Part shown: in pieces, positions 1-13,253 of the stretch
Position numbering within the stretch: the first letter of the stretch is position 1
Layout: the number at the start of each line of letters is the position of its first letter
Origin: Takakia lepidozioides
Taxonomy: Eukaryota; Plantae; Bryophyta
Reading direction: 5' to 3'
Assembly (NCBI GenBank): GCA_030704615.1
Contig: CM060734.1
Location: 33,728,001-33,792,000 of the forward strand
Length of the DNA: 64,000 nucleotides
Program-made: the position numbers and the translations under genes
The notes under the pieces: generated by a model
Database searches by the model: none
What the model saw: only the letters and a program-made list of their open reading frames with translations
Told to the model about the DNA's origin: nothing

Positions 1-3000
1 CTTTTCCATAGACCAATACGAAAGGGGAAACTCCCGTTGCGGAGTGTTTTGTGTTATTATAACAAAACTCTGCCGCATCCAAGTGCTCCACCCAGTCCGA
101 TTGGTCTGCCGACACGTAATTCCGCAAGATCTACTTTATTACGGAATTCACCCTTTCCGTTTGGTCGTTCGTTGTAGGTCGGAAGGCGGTGCTCATCTTC
201 AGCCTCATCCCCATTTTCTTCCAAAGTGCCCTCCAAAATTTACTTGTAAACTTTAGATCGCGGTCCGAGACAATATTCTTCGGGAGTCCATGATGCTTGA
301 AGACGTGGGTGAAGTAAAGTCGCCCCGTCTCCTGCGCCGTCGCTGTCTCCTTGGTGGGGATGAAATGACCCATTTTACTGAATCTATCCACCACCACCAT
401 GATTGCGTCGAATCCTTTTGACAACGGCATAGCAGTCATGAAATCCATCGAGACACTTTCCCAAGACCCCTCTGGAATAGGCAGGGGTTGTAATAGCCCC
501 GCTTGCTTTTTGTAGTCACTCCGGTTTTGTTGGCATGTGGCGCATGTCTTGACATACTCGTCGGCCTTCTCCCTCAGTTTGGGCCAGAAATACTTTTTCT
601 TAAAGAGTGCCGCAGTGCGTTTGGCTCCGCCATGGCCCGCAAGCGGGCCATCGTGACACTCTCTCAAGAGACTATCTCTGATCTCTCCCTTCGGCATGTA
701 GAGGCGCTTTTGCTTGTACCGGAGTAGTCCATTGTGCAAGAGGAACTGCGATTTAACTCCCATTCTCAAGTCCCGCATCACGGACTTCGTCATCTCATCC
801 TTCCTATAAGCCTTCCGGATCTTCCTTTGGAGCGTCGTCTCGCCTCTGTACACCAACATAAGCTGCTGCTTTCTACTTAAGGCATCGGCCACCACATTGT
901 CCCGTCCCAGTTTGTAGTGGATATACGTCGAACACCGCCAAAGTGTCTTGCCACCTAAGTTGTTTTGGGGACAACTTAGGCTGCGTGGCAAAATACTTCA
1001 CCGTAACATTGTCCGTGAACACTTTCACCGGGTTGGAACCAACATAGTGGCGCCAAAGCTCCAGGCAATGCACCACCGCCTTCATTTCTTTCTCGTGCGT
1101 AGGCCACCTTCACTCCACTTCATTCAGTTTCTTACTTTCGTAAGCCACTGGTCATCCATCCTGCATGAACACACCCCCAATTGCGAAGTCCGACGCATAT
1201 GTATGAATCTCAAATGGACGGTCGAACTCCGAGATTTTCAGGACTGGAGCTTCCGCCATCCGCTGCTTCAACTCGGCAAAAGCTTGGCCACAAAAGGTGT
1301 TCCATACCCATACCTTGGATTTACACAGAAGGTCCGACAGCGACCCCGCGATCTTGGCAAAATTTCTCACATACTTTTGGTAATAGGAGGCGAGTCCTAG
1401 GAAGGATCGCACTCCCGGGACCAAAGTCGGAGGCTCCCAGTCCAAGATCGCCCTCACCTTTTTGTTATCCATTTTGATCCCATCTTGTGTAATCACATGC
1501 CTAGGAACTCCACTTTTGTGACCCCGAATTCGCACTTTGAAGCCTTGGCGTACAGCTTCTCTTCCTGCACTTTCTGGAACATCTTTTTGAGGTGCTCCAG
1601 GTACTCTTCCTTCGTTTTCAAGTACACCAAGATGTCGTCGATGTACACAATCACAAAGTTATCCAACCACTCTTGGAAAAGGCTCTTCATTAGCATGCTA
1701 AAGGTCGCGCGTGCGTTGGTGAGCCCAAAAAGCATTACCAAGAACTCATATGAACCATATCTTATCTTGCACGTGGTCTTCTCCTCATCTCCTTTCGCCA
1801 CTCGTATTTGATGGTAGCCGGAGCGCAAATCGATCCGGCTGAAATACTTCGCTCCTGCCAACCGATTGAAGAGGTCGTCGATCCTTGACAAAGGGTACCG
1901 GTTTTTGATAGTCACCTTATTCATAGCCTTGTAATCGACACACATCCGCAGCATCCCATCTTTTTTGTCTGCAAATAGCACCGGGGCTCCGTACGGTGAC
2001 TTACTCGGCCGGATGTACCCCTTTGACATTAGATCGTTGAGCTGAGCCTTCAGCTCGACCAACTCTCTGTGGCTCAACCGGTAGGGCGCCTTGGCAGGCG
2101 GCTCCGATCCCGGTAGCACCTCAATCTTATGGTCAACTCCTCTTCGCGGTGGCAAGCTGCTTGGTAAATCCTCTGGCATCACATCCTGGTATTTCTCCAA
2201 GATCCCCTTGATCCAATCTGGGCTCGGCTCCCTATCGACTTCTCCTTCCACTTGTCTTACGTAAAGCAAAAATTGGGGTTCGTGTGGCTCCTCTACGACC
2301 CACTCCTTTGCTGACAACAGGTTTATTTGCCCTCCCACTAGGTTGGGCGTTTCCGACACCCGTAACACTTTGCCACCATTCCCACACGGTAGCGTGACTA
2401 TTCTCTTGTGGCCATCTATGACCGCTCCGGATTTGCTCAAAAAGGTCATCTCCAAAATGAGATCCACTCCATCGATCTCGCAAATGGTGAAGTTCTTACG
2501 TCCCTCCCAACTCCCGAGCTGAAGAGGAACATCAAACGCCAACCTCAACGCCAATTGTGGTTCTCCTTTGGCAGAACGCACCTCAATAGAGGCCCCCACA
2601 TCACTTGTCGGGAGCCCCAACTTCCGTGTTGTTGCCGGTGTCATGAAGGAGTGCGACGGCCCTGTGTCCACCAACAACGACACATTAGTTCCAGAAATTA
2701 TCCCACTCACGAAAATTAACTGACTCCATTTACGCAGGGCGCCAGTCTCCTGATACAACTCACAAGAGTAGTTGCCTACCTTGCAAGTCTTGGCGACCAC
2801 CGCTTTCACCAAGCGGCTGATGGAATCTTCGGACAATTCTGTGGTCACCCAAGTCATGTTCAATCGTCGGGGTTTCGCGCACTTCTTGGCCATGTGCCCG
2901 AGCTCCCCGCAATTAAAGCACACTCCATCGAAGGTTGCCTTATGTCCGCCATAAGTTGTTGTACCTGATTTTCCTTTCGGAGCACCGGGTGCTGCCTTGG

Positions 3001-3835
3001 CGTGTGAAGACCCTCCCTTCGATTTCCATGTGCCATTGTCGCCGCATGGCCTATCCCACTTCTTTTCCGGTCAGAAGGAATCACCCTCCCGCCGAGTCTT
3101 CTTGTGGTTCAGCTCCGTATGGCCTTGTCTTTCGCCCCTAGGGACATCCGAAAAACATTCAGCCCTTTCAATTACCTCGTTCAAAGTCTTAGGTGGTTTC
3201 TCCTCCAACTTCCGCCTAGCCCATGGGGCCAGTCCCGCCACAAAGTTGAAGACCATTTCTGGTTCCGCCATATCCGCGACTTCGAGCAATAGCACATTGA
3301 AAGCCTGAACATATCCCCGAATGTCAGCCGTTTGCTTCAATTTCCTCATCTTGTCCCGGGCGAGCCAGGACGCGTTGAGGGGCACAAACTATCTTTTCAT
3401 AAGTTCCTTGAACCCACTCCAGCTCAAGGTTTCTGGGTTTGGACCGTAGTCGTGAAGGCGCTTCTGCCACCATTGTTGAGCATTGCCCCTCAAATAGGTG
3501 GGAGCCACTTCCACCCGATCCTCGTCACTCAACTTGGCCGCCCGGAAGTACTGCTCCAACTCCAAGAGCAAGGTGTTGAGTGCATTCTGATTTCGGACGC
3601 CCTCGAAGGTGTCGGGTTCCTTAGGCTTCACCTTAAACTTTGCCTTAGTGAAAGTGGCATTAACCGCCCTCAACACGTTTTTCAACGACCCGCCAAACTG
3701 CGCCAACAACCCTTCTCAAAAGGCTGCTGGCATGGGATGCATCTGTTGGTCTGCCGGAGCCTCCGAGAAGTCCTCGGGTTCCAACTCCCCAGATTCCTCC
3801 CGTTCTTGAGCGGCCTCGCTTTCGAAAGCATGAAT
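1..3835 (-). pseudogene. Fragmented gag-pol of the chromovirus-like Gypsy
   Basis: ORF pieces 3389-3709, 3071-3385 (gag), 1493-2923 (ZnK/PR/RT), 1152-1535 and 873-1085 (RT/RH), 131-991 (INT). Confidence 0.9.
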
Positions 3836-3980
3836 CGCCTCCTCAAATTGCCGCTTCGGTGACACGTCACCCCACCGGGCTCACCAGGATCATCATCTTT
3901 TGGGCCGTTCCGCTTTCGCTTTGGCTTGCCCGACCCCATGATGAGGCCGATCTCAAGACCGATCGCGTACTGAACTCTAA

Positions 3981-3992
3981 GCTCTGATACCA
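3981..3992 (-). promoter_or_regulatory. Primer-binding site, tRNA-iMet type (TGGTATCAGAGC)
   Basis: Reverse complement of gctctgatacca, 2 nt from the LTR end. Confidence 0.92.
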
Positions 3993-3994
3993 AG

Positions 3995-4708
3995 TGTCAC
4001 GCACCTCACTTCAGTAAGCTCCCCTTCAAGTCATAGTTACGCGTTTTGATGCGCGCGCCTAACTCCCTAACTGGCCGCCGGGCCAACTCAACTCACCGGG
4101 ACATAACGGTCCCCCTTTGCTCCTCCAAAAGACCCTCCACCAATTTGGGCCTAGTGGAAATTCCCTTTGGTAGATGGCAGTCCGGAATAGCTCCCCACTC
4201 CTTGGTCGCTTTCCGGCTCGCTCGCTCACTTACTAGTTTTTGGTCACCAACGGGCTTGCACCGTTCTCGGGGTTACTACTCCCTATATATACTTCTGTGA
4301 CTGTCCGCAGGGGTTTCTCAAACAACACCGTCTTTTTATGGCGAACCACCACGAAGACCCTCGACTCCTGGTGATGAGTCGCGGTGAGTCTTGGCCCACC
4401 CACCACGGCCCCATTGGACCGTGATGAGTCCCAAGACTCCCCACGACTCCCACCACAAGGTCTCCGCCCCATGGTGAGTCCTATGCCACCCCCACTAAGA
4501 CCCACTAAGCTACCACCACCCCTCGTGGACCCACCCCCACCGCAACCCGGTGTGCGGGGCTCCACCTAGTGAGCGCCTTTGCCTCCTTGAGTGCCTTGGG
4601 CACTCAAGGGTGCTTCGGCCCCTGTACCTATTGTTGCCACTGCCCCCACCACAGGGGCAGCCCCTCTTGTGTCTCAACCCCCTGCCCTCAAGGCAAAAGG
4701 CCGCGACA
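3995..4708 (-). repeat. 5' LTR (714 bp) of the chromovirus-like element
   Basis: TGTCGC...GTGACA termini on minus strand, adjacent PBS, abrupt switch to AT-rich DNA at 4709. Confidence 0.8.
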
Positions 4709-5560
4709 ATTTGTAATTCTTTGTATGTTTGAATGGGCATTCGATAATGAAGATATAAGTGGATGATATGGTACTATGTTCTTATGATCTATACCTTCAT
4801 ATTCCCATCTTTGTGTTGTCTGGTTTATTGTTGGGATTGTATTTAAAAAAGGTTCATAAGGAAATCCATATTTACAGGTTATAGATCTTTTTAACAACCA
4901 TAACGGTTACATTTATGAATTTGTTTTCTTTGAATTATTGATGTAATTTGTAATCCAAAGAATCTGAAGTTGTCGATGTTATTTTGGGTAAATAAGCTAC
5001 AATTTCATTTATAATTCTATCTACATCTCCAGAATCTATCCACAAAATAATATGAGCATGAAGGGAACCTCGGTGTTGAACTTCATATTGAATAATATAA
5101 TGTAAAACTCTACCTAATATATGATTTTTATTTAAAATAAAGTACTTCATAAACATTTGAATTCGGGTATGGAAATGATGAGCAAATTCTATTGCATCTG
5201 ACCAATTAAAATTAAAATCAATTTTTTTAGCAATTTCTTCAATATCATCTATTTCTTTCCACCGTGTTTCAGATATTTTATCAGCAGTTAGTGTCAAAAA
5301 CAAAATTTGGCATTCCATATTTTTCAACCATTGCAAGTAAATCTCTTAAGAAAAAAATTTATGATATTGAGCAGATCCAGGAATAGATGATATAATTTTA
5401 TATTTAATAATATGTTTCATAACTGTATCATCAGTTGCATTTGGATTTTTTTTCTTATATAACTTTATTTATTTTTTCTAAATGAATATCTTTTACTTGT
5501 TTTGCTATTAAATGACATTGTCGTATTTGATACATGAGAAGAACATAAGGTTTATATAAA
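4709..5560 (-). pseudogene. Helitron Rep (HUH endonuclease) remnant, interrupted by the Gypsy LTR
   Basis: FLTLT (motif I-like), YEVQHRGSLHAHIILW (HUH motif II), CKYGFP; very AT-rich, frameshifted. Confidence 0.85.
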
Positions 5561-5659
5561 GTGAATGGTGAAAATAAAGTGTTACATCTCATTTTTAAGT
5601 ATCCATTTAAACCATCCTTAAAATTTGTATAGTGTCCTTTTCCATGTGGAAATAGAAAG

Positions 5660-5910
5660 TCGTAAGAGGGGGGGAAATAGAAATATGTAAATTACTATAA
5701 ATAGTCACCCTTAGGACTCTTTAGGGCACCCCTAAGGAGTCCTAAGAGTGGAAAAATGAAAACATATAAATTATTATCTATAATTGCCCTTAGGACTCTT
5801 TAGGACAGGCCTAAGGAGTCCTAAGAGGTAGAAAATAAAAATATGTAAATTGTTATTTATAATTGCCCTTAAGACTCCTTAGGGCGGCCCTAAGGAGTCC
5901 TAAGGGAAAT
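5660..5910. repeat. Three 79-bp tandem units, each with a ~17-bp-stem hairpin
   Basis: CTTAGGACTCYTTAGGG-N3-CCCTAAGGAGTCCTAAG at 5710-5746, 5789-5825, 5866-5906. Confidence 0.9.
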
Positions 5911-7522
5911 TAAAAAAATCAACTACTACAATAAATGTATCAACTTTGGTCATTACATTTATGAATCACATGCACTATTTATTGTTATATACCGACAAAA
6001 TTTGTAGGTTGTCACCATTTATTACAATTAAAACAAAACTTTGTCCTCGATAAACATTCATACGCTATTTGCTAAAATTTTGTTCTCGATAAATATTCAT
6101 ACATTTGTGATGCATGGGCATATATCTTTAAATAAACTTTCAGATTGTGGTCCTAAGAAAAGCCTCTCATTTTACAATAATAGGGTCATGAACGCAAGCG
6201 TGCGAGAAGGACGGTGGGCCCATCGTCCGGACGAGGGGCGCCCCAAACCCGCGCCCAACCGCCCGCCGCTGCCCGCGGTCGCCCACGCCCGCCGTGGCTG
6301 CCCCTCCCGGGGTCCGTCCATCGGCCGCTCCGCTGCGGCGGGTCCGCTGGGGCTCGTCCGCTCCCGCCTGTCCGCCTGTCCGCATGTCCGCCTGGCCGCA
6401 AGATCTGGGCCATCCAGGACGAATCCCATCGCAGCCCTCCAATTTAAGGCCTTATCTCGCCATTGCAATCAAAATGTCGCTCTTTGTTATACAAAATTGC
6501 GGTGCGTGCGGGCGGTAGTTGTTGCCTGGCACAGTGTTCGTGTCTTTGTGTTTTCGTGACATTTTGTCATGATGTGGAAGGGCAGGAGAGGAGTCGGAGC
6601 CCTACAGCCACCATCGTGCATATGCTTCCACTATTTTCGTCATTTTTTTGTTGTTGGCGGGGCCGTTTTTACGATTGCATTGGACATATAATGCGTTTTG
6701 CCCACTTGGTTTGGCCTCTGTCCGGTCATCGCAAAATGGCCAATGTGTTGTTAGGGTTTAGTCCAATGGGCGGACCGATTACAAGCCTGCCTAAAGACGA
6801 CCTTAGTTTATATTTGGGATATGGTGTCGTTCAATTTTATAATTATTCATATTGAGGTAGCCGCATCTGTCCGTCAGATCACCTCCTCAGTCTGGAATGG
6901 TAACCATGGGCAAGATGATAGCGAAAATCGCCGAAGCATATGCACATGAGGGCGTGTAAAACATTGTAGACTCCATATCCAGCCATGAACTGTTATGTGT
7001 ATCTTGGGCAGAGTTATCGTCAGTCTGACAATTGTGTCTGCTGGGCTGTGTTAGCCTGAGACTCCTGAACTATCTCACATCTGCAGTATGGGTCTCCCTG
7101 TAAAAAAGTCGGGTTTGACAGCCAATACTTGTCGGCCTGGATATCCATATGTTTGTTGCTTCGTTAGTCTTGCTTCGTTGGTGTGGCGTTTGCATCTTCT
7201 GCTGCTCAATGTGATAACGTACCAGAAAACAAGCAGCGTAGTATAACCCGCAGCCCATGACAATACTTGCTACCTCTTTGGTCTTGGTATAAATGAATCC
7301 ATGTACAACTTGGAAGGCAATTAATTCCTTCAACATGGTACTTGCCTCATGCCAGTACTGTGCAAAGTGATGATCCTCAATTGGTCGATTGTTCGGAAGA
7401 ACTTTGGTCCTAGTTGCCACTGGCAGCCAAATGCGCATGATTTGATAGTAATGTGCCAACGACTGCGGAGGACTAAATTCCTTCCAAGCCAAATCCAACA
7501 CAATGGGAATTTGGTTGAAGGG

Positions 7523-10500
7523 GGCAGATACCATAAGGGAAATGCAGAAGAGTACTGATATTCCTGTGGCAGATTCCTCTGATTCTGATGGAGAAGAAGA
7601 AGTGAGTGAGGATGAAAGGAAGAAAAAAGATGCAGACAGGCAAAGTAATGAAGAGACCTTGGCTGAAGTAATATGCCAGACCAAAGCAGAGATTACCATT
7701 GGACAGCTATTGGCTGTGGCACCTTATTGTAGGCACAGGCTGTATCAAGCAATCAATGGAATTGCCCAGGAGACATGAAACACAGACCTGAACAGCAAGG
7801 TGACCAGTTATAATGTGAAGCCGGAAGGGCGAGAAACAGTCATGGACTTTGATGATTCTATGCCAGTAATCCAATTGAGAATTGGAAGCACAGAACTAAC
7901 TGATGTACTGATAGATGGAGGTTCTGGAGTAAATATCATGACAGACCAATTAAGAAAGAAGCTTGGTCTAAGTAACATGAAACCAGCCCCATTTACAGTA
8001 ACAATGGCAGATCAAAGAAGTGTACATCCATTGGGATTAACAAGAGGAGTTAAGATACAGATACAGAAGATGATCTTTATGATCACAGTAACTGTATTGA
8101 AGATGGATGAAGTCATGGAGGCTTACTTCTTATTATTGGGACGTCCGTGGCTGAAACAGGCCAGGGTATTCCATGACTGGAATTCTCAGTTACTAACCGT
8201 GCATAATGGGATACACGAGATACAAATTACCACAAAGAAATCTAGTAGATTACCTGCTACGAGAAGACCTCGAGGAGTCAGAGAGTATGACTGGAGAGGA
8301 GGACTGGATGAGGAGCAGGAAGCTACCCTATTTGCTGCACACCCAGAGTGGGAGCAGGTTGCAGAGATGCGGCTGGAAGGCCTAATTTGTTTAAGGGGTA
8401 TCTGCTGTGGTGTAATGTCAACAACACCGATTGAAGAGGAAACCAGCAGTTACCCATCACATTTCTATGAAGAAAAAGAAGGAGAAATGGAAATCCTAGA
8501 GGAACCAGCTACTGTGAGTTTACAGGATGAAGTGGTGACTGGTTGGACAATCACAGCTGATGAGCAAGTGAGGGAAGTGAATGTGGGAACTAAAGAGGAA
8601 CCGAGGATGGTGAAGGTAGGAGCTGATTTGGAGCCAGAATTCTTTGAAGAAGCTAAGAGTTTGTTCATCAAATACAGAGATGTATTTGCTTGGAGCTATG
8701 AGGATTCAAAAAGGGATACCACCTGAAATCTGTCAGCATAAGATTGAACTGGAACCGGGGTCAGTACCAATCAAGCAGGCAAGGTACAGAATGAATCCCA
8801 ACTACGCACAAAAGTTTGGAGAAGAGATCAAGAAGTTGGCTGAGGCTAAGTTTACATACCCAATAGAGTATACAACTTGGTTGTCACCCATTATTAGTTC
8901 CCAAGAAGAATGGTAAACTAAGAGTTTGTGTGAACTACAAGAAGCTGAATGCTTGTACGAAGAAAGATGATTTCCCTTTGCCATTCACAGAAGCAATATT
9001 AGACACTGTGGTAGGCCATGAAATGTACTCATTCATGGATGGCTTCAGTGGTTATAATCAAGTGCAAGTGGCAGAAGAAGACCAAGGAAAAACAGCTTTC
9101 ATCACAGACTGGGGTGCTTATGCATACAAAGTCATGCCCTTTGGACTTTGTAATGCACCAGCGACCTTTCAGAGAGTGATAAGTGAATCTTTTCATGAGT
9201 ATCTGGATGATTTCATGCAGGTATTCTTGGATGATCTCAGTGTGTACAGCTCTAAGAATGAGCACTTACATAAATTGGAGTTATGTCTGGCCAGATGCAG
9301 GATGAGAGGTCTGGGCCTGAATCCAGAGAAGTGTACTTTCTGTGTGAACTCAGGGGTGTTTCTGGGACACATTGTGTGTAAGAGGGGACTTCTTGTGGAT
9401 CCCAGGAAAACAGAGGCCATTAAAGCCTCTCCACCACCAGTGAATGTTAAGAGTCTAAGGAGATTCCTCGGACAAACCAGCTATTACAGAAGATTTGTCA
9501 GACGGTATGCACAGATAGCAGCACCATTGAGCAAACTTCTGAAGAAAGATGCAGTGTTTGCATGGACACCTGAATGTCAACAGGCTTTTGAGGAACTTAC
9601 ATTGTCAGTAACAACTACACCTGTGTTGATTAGTCCTCACTGGCAGGAAATATTTCATGTTCACTGTGATGCTTCTGGAGAAGCACTAGGAGGAGTGTTA
9701 GCCCAAAATGTAACAGGAAGGATAGATTCACCTGTGTACTATGCTAGCCGATTGATGAACAATGCCGAAAGAAATTATAGCACAACGGAAAGAGAAGCAT
9801 TGGCAATGATCTATGCAGTGAAGAAATTCAGGCATTACCTGTTGGGCAAGAAGTTTATGTTCTATGTGGATCATCAGGCTCTAATATACCTGGTAAACAA
9901 ACCTTTGATAAGCGGAAGAATAGCAAGATGGTTAATAATCTTGCACGAGATTGAGTTTGAGGTTGTTTACAAGCCTGGGAGACTGCATCTTGTGGCGGAT
10001 CACTTGTCAAGGTTATCAGCAGGAGAACCAGCCACGGGAGTAGATGATCAATTACCAGATGCGAGTCTATTTACAGTGGAGGTGCGGGGAAGTGCAGATG
10101 ACTGGTTAGATTGGCAGTGGCCAATCAGATACTACCTTGCTCATGGTCAGTGCCCACCAAGTTATGGAAAGGAGCAGAGAAAGAGAATTGCTATCAAGGC
10201 TCTACCTTACACTATGGTAGGGAGCAGAATGTATAAGCTAGGACCAGATGGAGTGCTGAAGCGATGCTTATACCACCATGAAGTTAATAAAGTTTTTGAG
10301 GAAGTTCATAAAGGAGTGGCAGGAGGTCATTTTGGAGAAGAGACTACCAGCAGGAAAATACTACATGCAGGTTACTGGTGGCCTACTTTGTTCAAAGATG
10401 TACACAAGTATTGTCAGAGTTCTGATGAATGTCAGAGGCTGGGACCTTTGCAGAGATCTGGGAAAATGTCTTTGCATCCTACAATGCCTACGGAACCATT

Positions 10501-11893
10501 TCAGAAATGGGGACTAGACTTTGTTGGACCAATTAACCCACCAGCCAAGAATACACAGAACAGGTACATAATTACAACCATTGATTATACTACGAAGTGG
10601 GTGGAAGCTAAAGCTTTGAGGGACAACACAGCCAAGTCCACATCAAGGTTTCTGTATGAGAACATACTTACACGATTTGGCTGTCCCTTGGAATTTATCA
10701 GTGATCAGGGAAGTCACTTCATTAATGAGACCATTGAATTGTTGACTAAAGAGTTCATGATTGTGCATAGGAAGAGTACAACATATTACCCATAGGGTAA
10801 TGGGCAGGCAGAGGCTACCAACAAAATACTATGTACTATCTTGGCTAAGATAGTCAATGCAAACAGAACGGATTGGGATACAAAGCTACTGACAGCTTTG
10901 TGGTCATACATGACTTCATATAAAGTCACCACTAAGTATACACCATTCCAATTAGTTTATGGTATGGAAGCCTTACTTCTAGTGGAATTCCTGTTACCTA
11001 CCATGAGAACGGAATGGGGAAAGAGAATGGAATTGCAAGATTCCATTAAAGTCAGGAAACATGAATTATACCATGTGGAAGAAGTACGTGCTGATGCAGC
11101 TGATAATATGACCATAATTCAGATGAAGAGGAAGGAACAGTTTGATGAGGGCAAGTTCAAGATTTTTAAGACGGGAGATTTGGTTCTATGGTTGCAGAAG
11201 AAAGGAAAGATTAAAGCTTCTAAGCTTAAATCACCATGGAAAGGACCTTATGTTATACAAAAGTTGTATGATAATAACACCGCCATGTTATAAACCATTA
11301 ACAAAGAAATGCTGGGAAGAGTCAATGCCAATAAGTTGAAGGGGTACAGTGGTATCCATGACAAACCATTGCAGCATAATTTGCGTGTTGAAACGCAAGA
11401 GCAGTCACGGGCTGCGCCAGTGTTACCAACGGAGTATGGAGCACTTGTCGCTAGGCCGAGCATATATGACCAGGGCGGGCATAACAAGCGTGACACAGCC
11501 TATCACAGCCCATCACGACGAGACACAGCCTATCACAGCCCATCAAGGCGAAACACAGCCTATCACAACCCATCACGACGTGACACAGCCTATCACAGCC
11601 CATCAAGGCGCGACACAGCCTATCACAGCCCATCACGACGTGACACAGCCTATCACAGCCCATCACGGCGCGACACGGCATATCACAGCCCAGCACGGCG
11701 CAACACAGCCTATCACAACCTACCACAGCGTGTCACAGCCTATCACAGCTTACCACAGTGCATCACGACCTACCACAGCGTGTCACAGCCTATCACAGCT
11801 TACCACAGTACATCACAGCCTATCACAGCGTACCACAGTATGACACAGTCTGTCACAGCTCAACACAGCCTACTAGGGTTACACAATCCATAG
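7523..11893 (+). pseudogene. Disrupted pol (PR LIDGGS, RT FLDD, RNaseH, integrase)
   Basis: ORFs 7800-8726, 8644-8916, 8930-10795, 10841-11293, 11309-11893 separated by stops and frameshifts. Confidence 0.92.
11488..11870 (+). repeat. 30-bp tandem repeat (10-bp subunits, CACAGCC core) encoding RRDTAYHSPS
   Basis: cgtgacacagcctatcacagcccatcacgg-type units; same array at ~35410-35800 and ~54985-55320. Confidence 0.92.
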
Positions 11894-12366
11894 AATCAGT
11901 GACAGGTGGACGCAGGATAAGTTCAGGAAAATGGCCGGCGAAAGAAAGAACGGATGTCAGTTTAGAAATGGACACGTGGAAGTCAGGGCGCGACACACAG
12001 CTGAGAAGGAAGTGCAAGAACAGGTGTCATCAAGAAAGAGGACAAGAATGGCCGTCAAAGTACCTACTTAGCGCGTCAATTTGGATGAATGGCGGGCCCA
12101 TTAATGAATACAGAAAAGGGGCAACAGAACAAACAGCAAGTACAGAAAAACGAAATTCTTGTCACATGTGTTATCCTAGTGGACAGTCCAGCAGGGAAAG
12201 TCCACTAAAGAAGATTAAATCTAAAATCCAATCACAGCGGTTACAGCCAATCGAAAGCCAGAGAAGGGATCAAGAAATTGGAGGGAAATTAAGTGCAAGA
12301 GTCGGCGTCGTTCTAAGTAACGGGCGTCGCGACGGGACAAACCATCAATGCGATAGCTTTGAAGCT

Positions 12367-13253
12367 ATGGAGGAACTAACAGACTATACGCTCGCAATAT
12401 TACTTACGCAGTGGCATAGGGACGAAAGAACAGAACGGATCTTTTCTCTTGATCGATGCTTGCAAGCCCCGCAGGCTTACAAGAAATTACCCATAGCTTT
12501 TTGTGGCAACCATACGTTTATGCTTTGTGCACTACAGACATTTCTTCAATTGTTACAGCCAAAACATTTCTGTGGGTCTAGAATGAAGAGAGTGAGAGGA
12601 ATGGAAGAAATCAGGGTGAAGAGCACCACAATCCTGCAGAAACAAACGATTGCTACTCCACAGGCGATGAAGTTACTGAAAGAGCTGCGATTGGAAGGAT
12701 TGCAAAGCAAAGATTGGACATTGCACCATAGACAGTACATGTTACAATTCTTGCAGAACTTTGAGCCAAGGACAGGAGCAACAACGGTGAAGGGAGTTGA
12801 ATTACTACAGCAATTGTTTCGATTGCCAGCAGGCCAGGTGCATGTGGAGGAGCATAGGGCAAGACTGCAAATATGGGACTTATTCCAAGAAGGGAGTTTC
12901 TTTAAAACTTAGGGTTATGCTTGTACCAAGGCCGTGTACCCAGGGCTAAGGGAGGTAAGCCAGGTATTGAACGTTCTGTTTGCCATGAAACAGAACCAAC
13001 AGTATTTGAGCAGATCCTTCACAGAAGAAATACTCAAAGCCCTGAGAGGAGAAGAGGTAGAATGGGCGGACATAATGTACAACGCACTGGTAGAGGAGAT
13101 GAAAAGATTACAGGGTACTGCCGCAAAGTCTCCTATCATAGTGTCTGGCCCAATCATTGCTCAAATAATTCTTGATTCTGGCATACTTGATGCGCGAGAA
13201 AGAAAGGAGATGGGAGTGTTTGAGCCAAAAACCACTGCAATGGAAGAGCAAGG
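12367..13253 (+). pseudogene. 3' extra ORF of Gypsy family A, resembling the 'putative plant transposon protein' (Transposase_32-like) domain of Athila/Tat extra ORFs
   Basis: VKGVELEITP..LQQLFELP ... ILKALRGEKVAWADIMYNAL ... SGPIIAQII pattern; in-frame TAG at 12910 is CAG in copy 2. Confidence 0.6.

Larger units (their letters stand above)
1..4708 (-). mobile_element. Decayed Ty3/Gypsy LTR retrotransposon (chromovirus-like, tRNA-Met primed); 3' part runs off the window
   Basis: Minus-strand order LTR-PBS-gag (zinc knuckle CFNCGELGHMAKKC)-protease (LLVDTG)-RT (YIDD)-RNaseH-integrase (HDGPLAGHGG..CATC, SMDF); several stops and frameshifts. Confidence 0.93.
7523..13253 (+). mobile_element. Gypsy family A copy 1: internal fragment without LTRs (late gag, pol, tandem repeat, 3' extra ORF)
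   Basis: Colinear with the intact element at 53842-63096; similarity to copy 2 stops after GAAGAGCAAGG at 13253. Confidence 0.92.

Noticed and set aside
6041-6559. Overlapping GC-rich ORFs in many frames
   Set aside because: Stop-poor GC-rich low-complexity DNA; no recognisable domain
7070-7520. Minus-strand open frame of ~150 codons next to copy 1
   Set aside because: The listed start lies in antisense Gypsy sequence and no motif is recognised; cannot support a gene call
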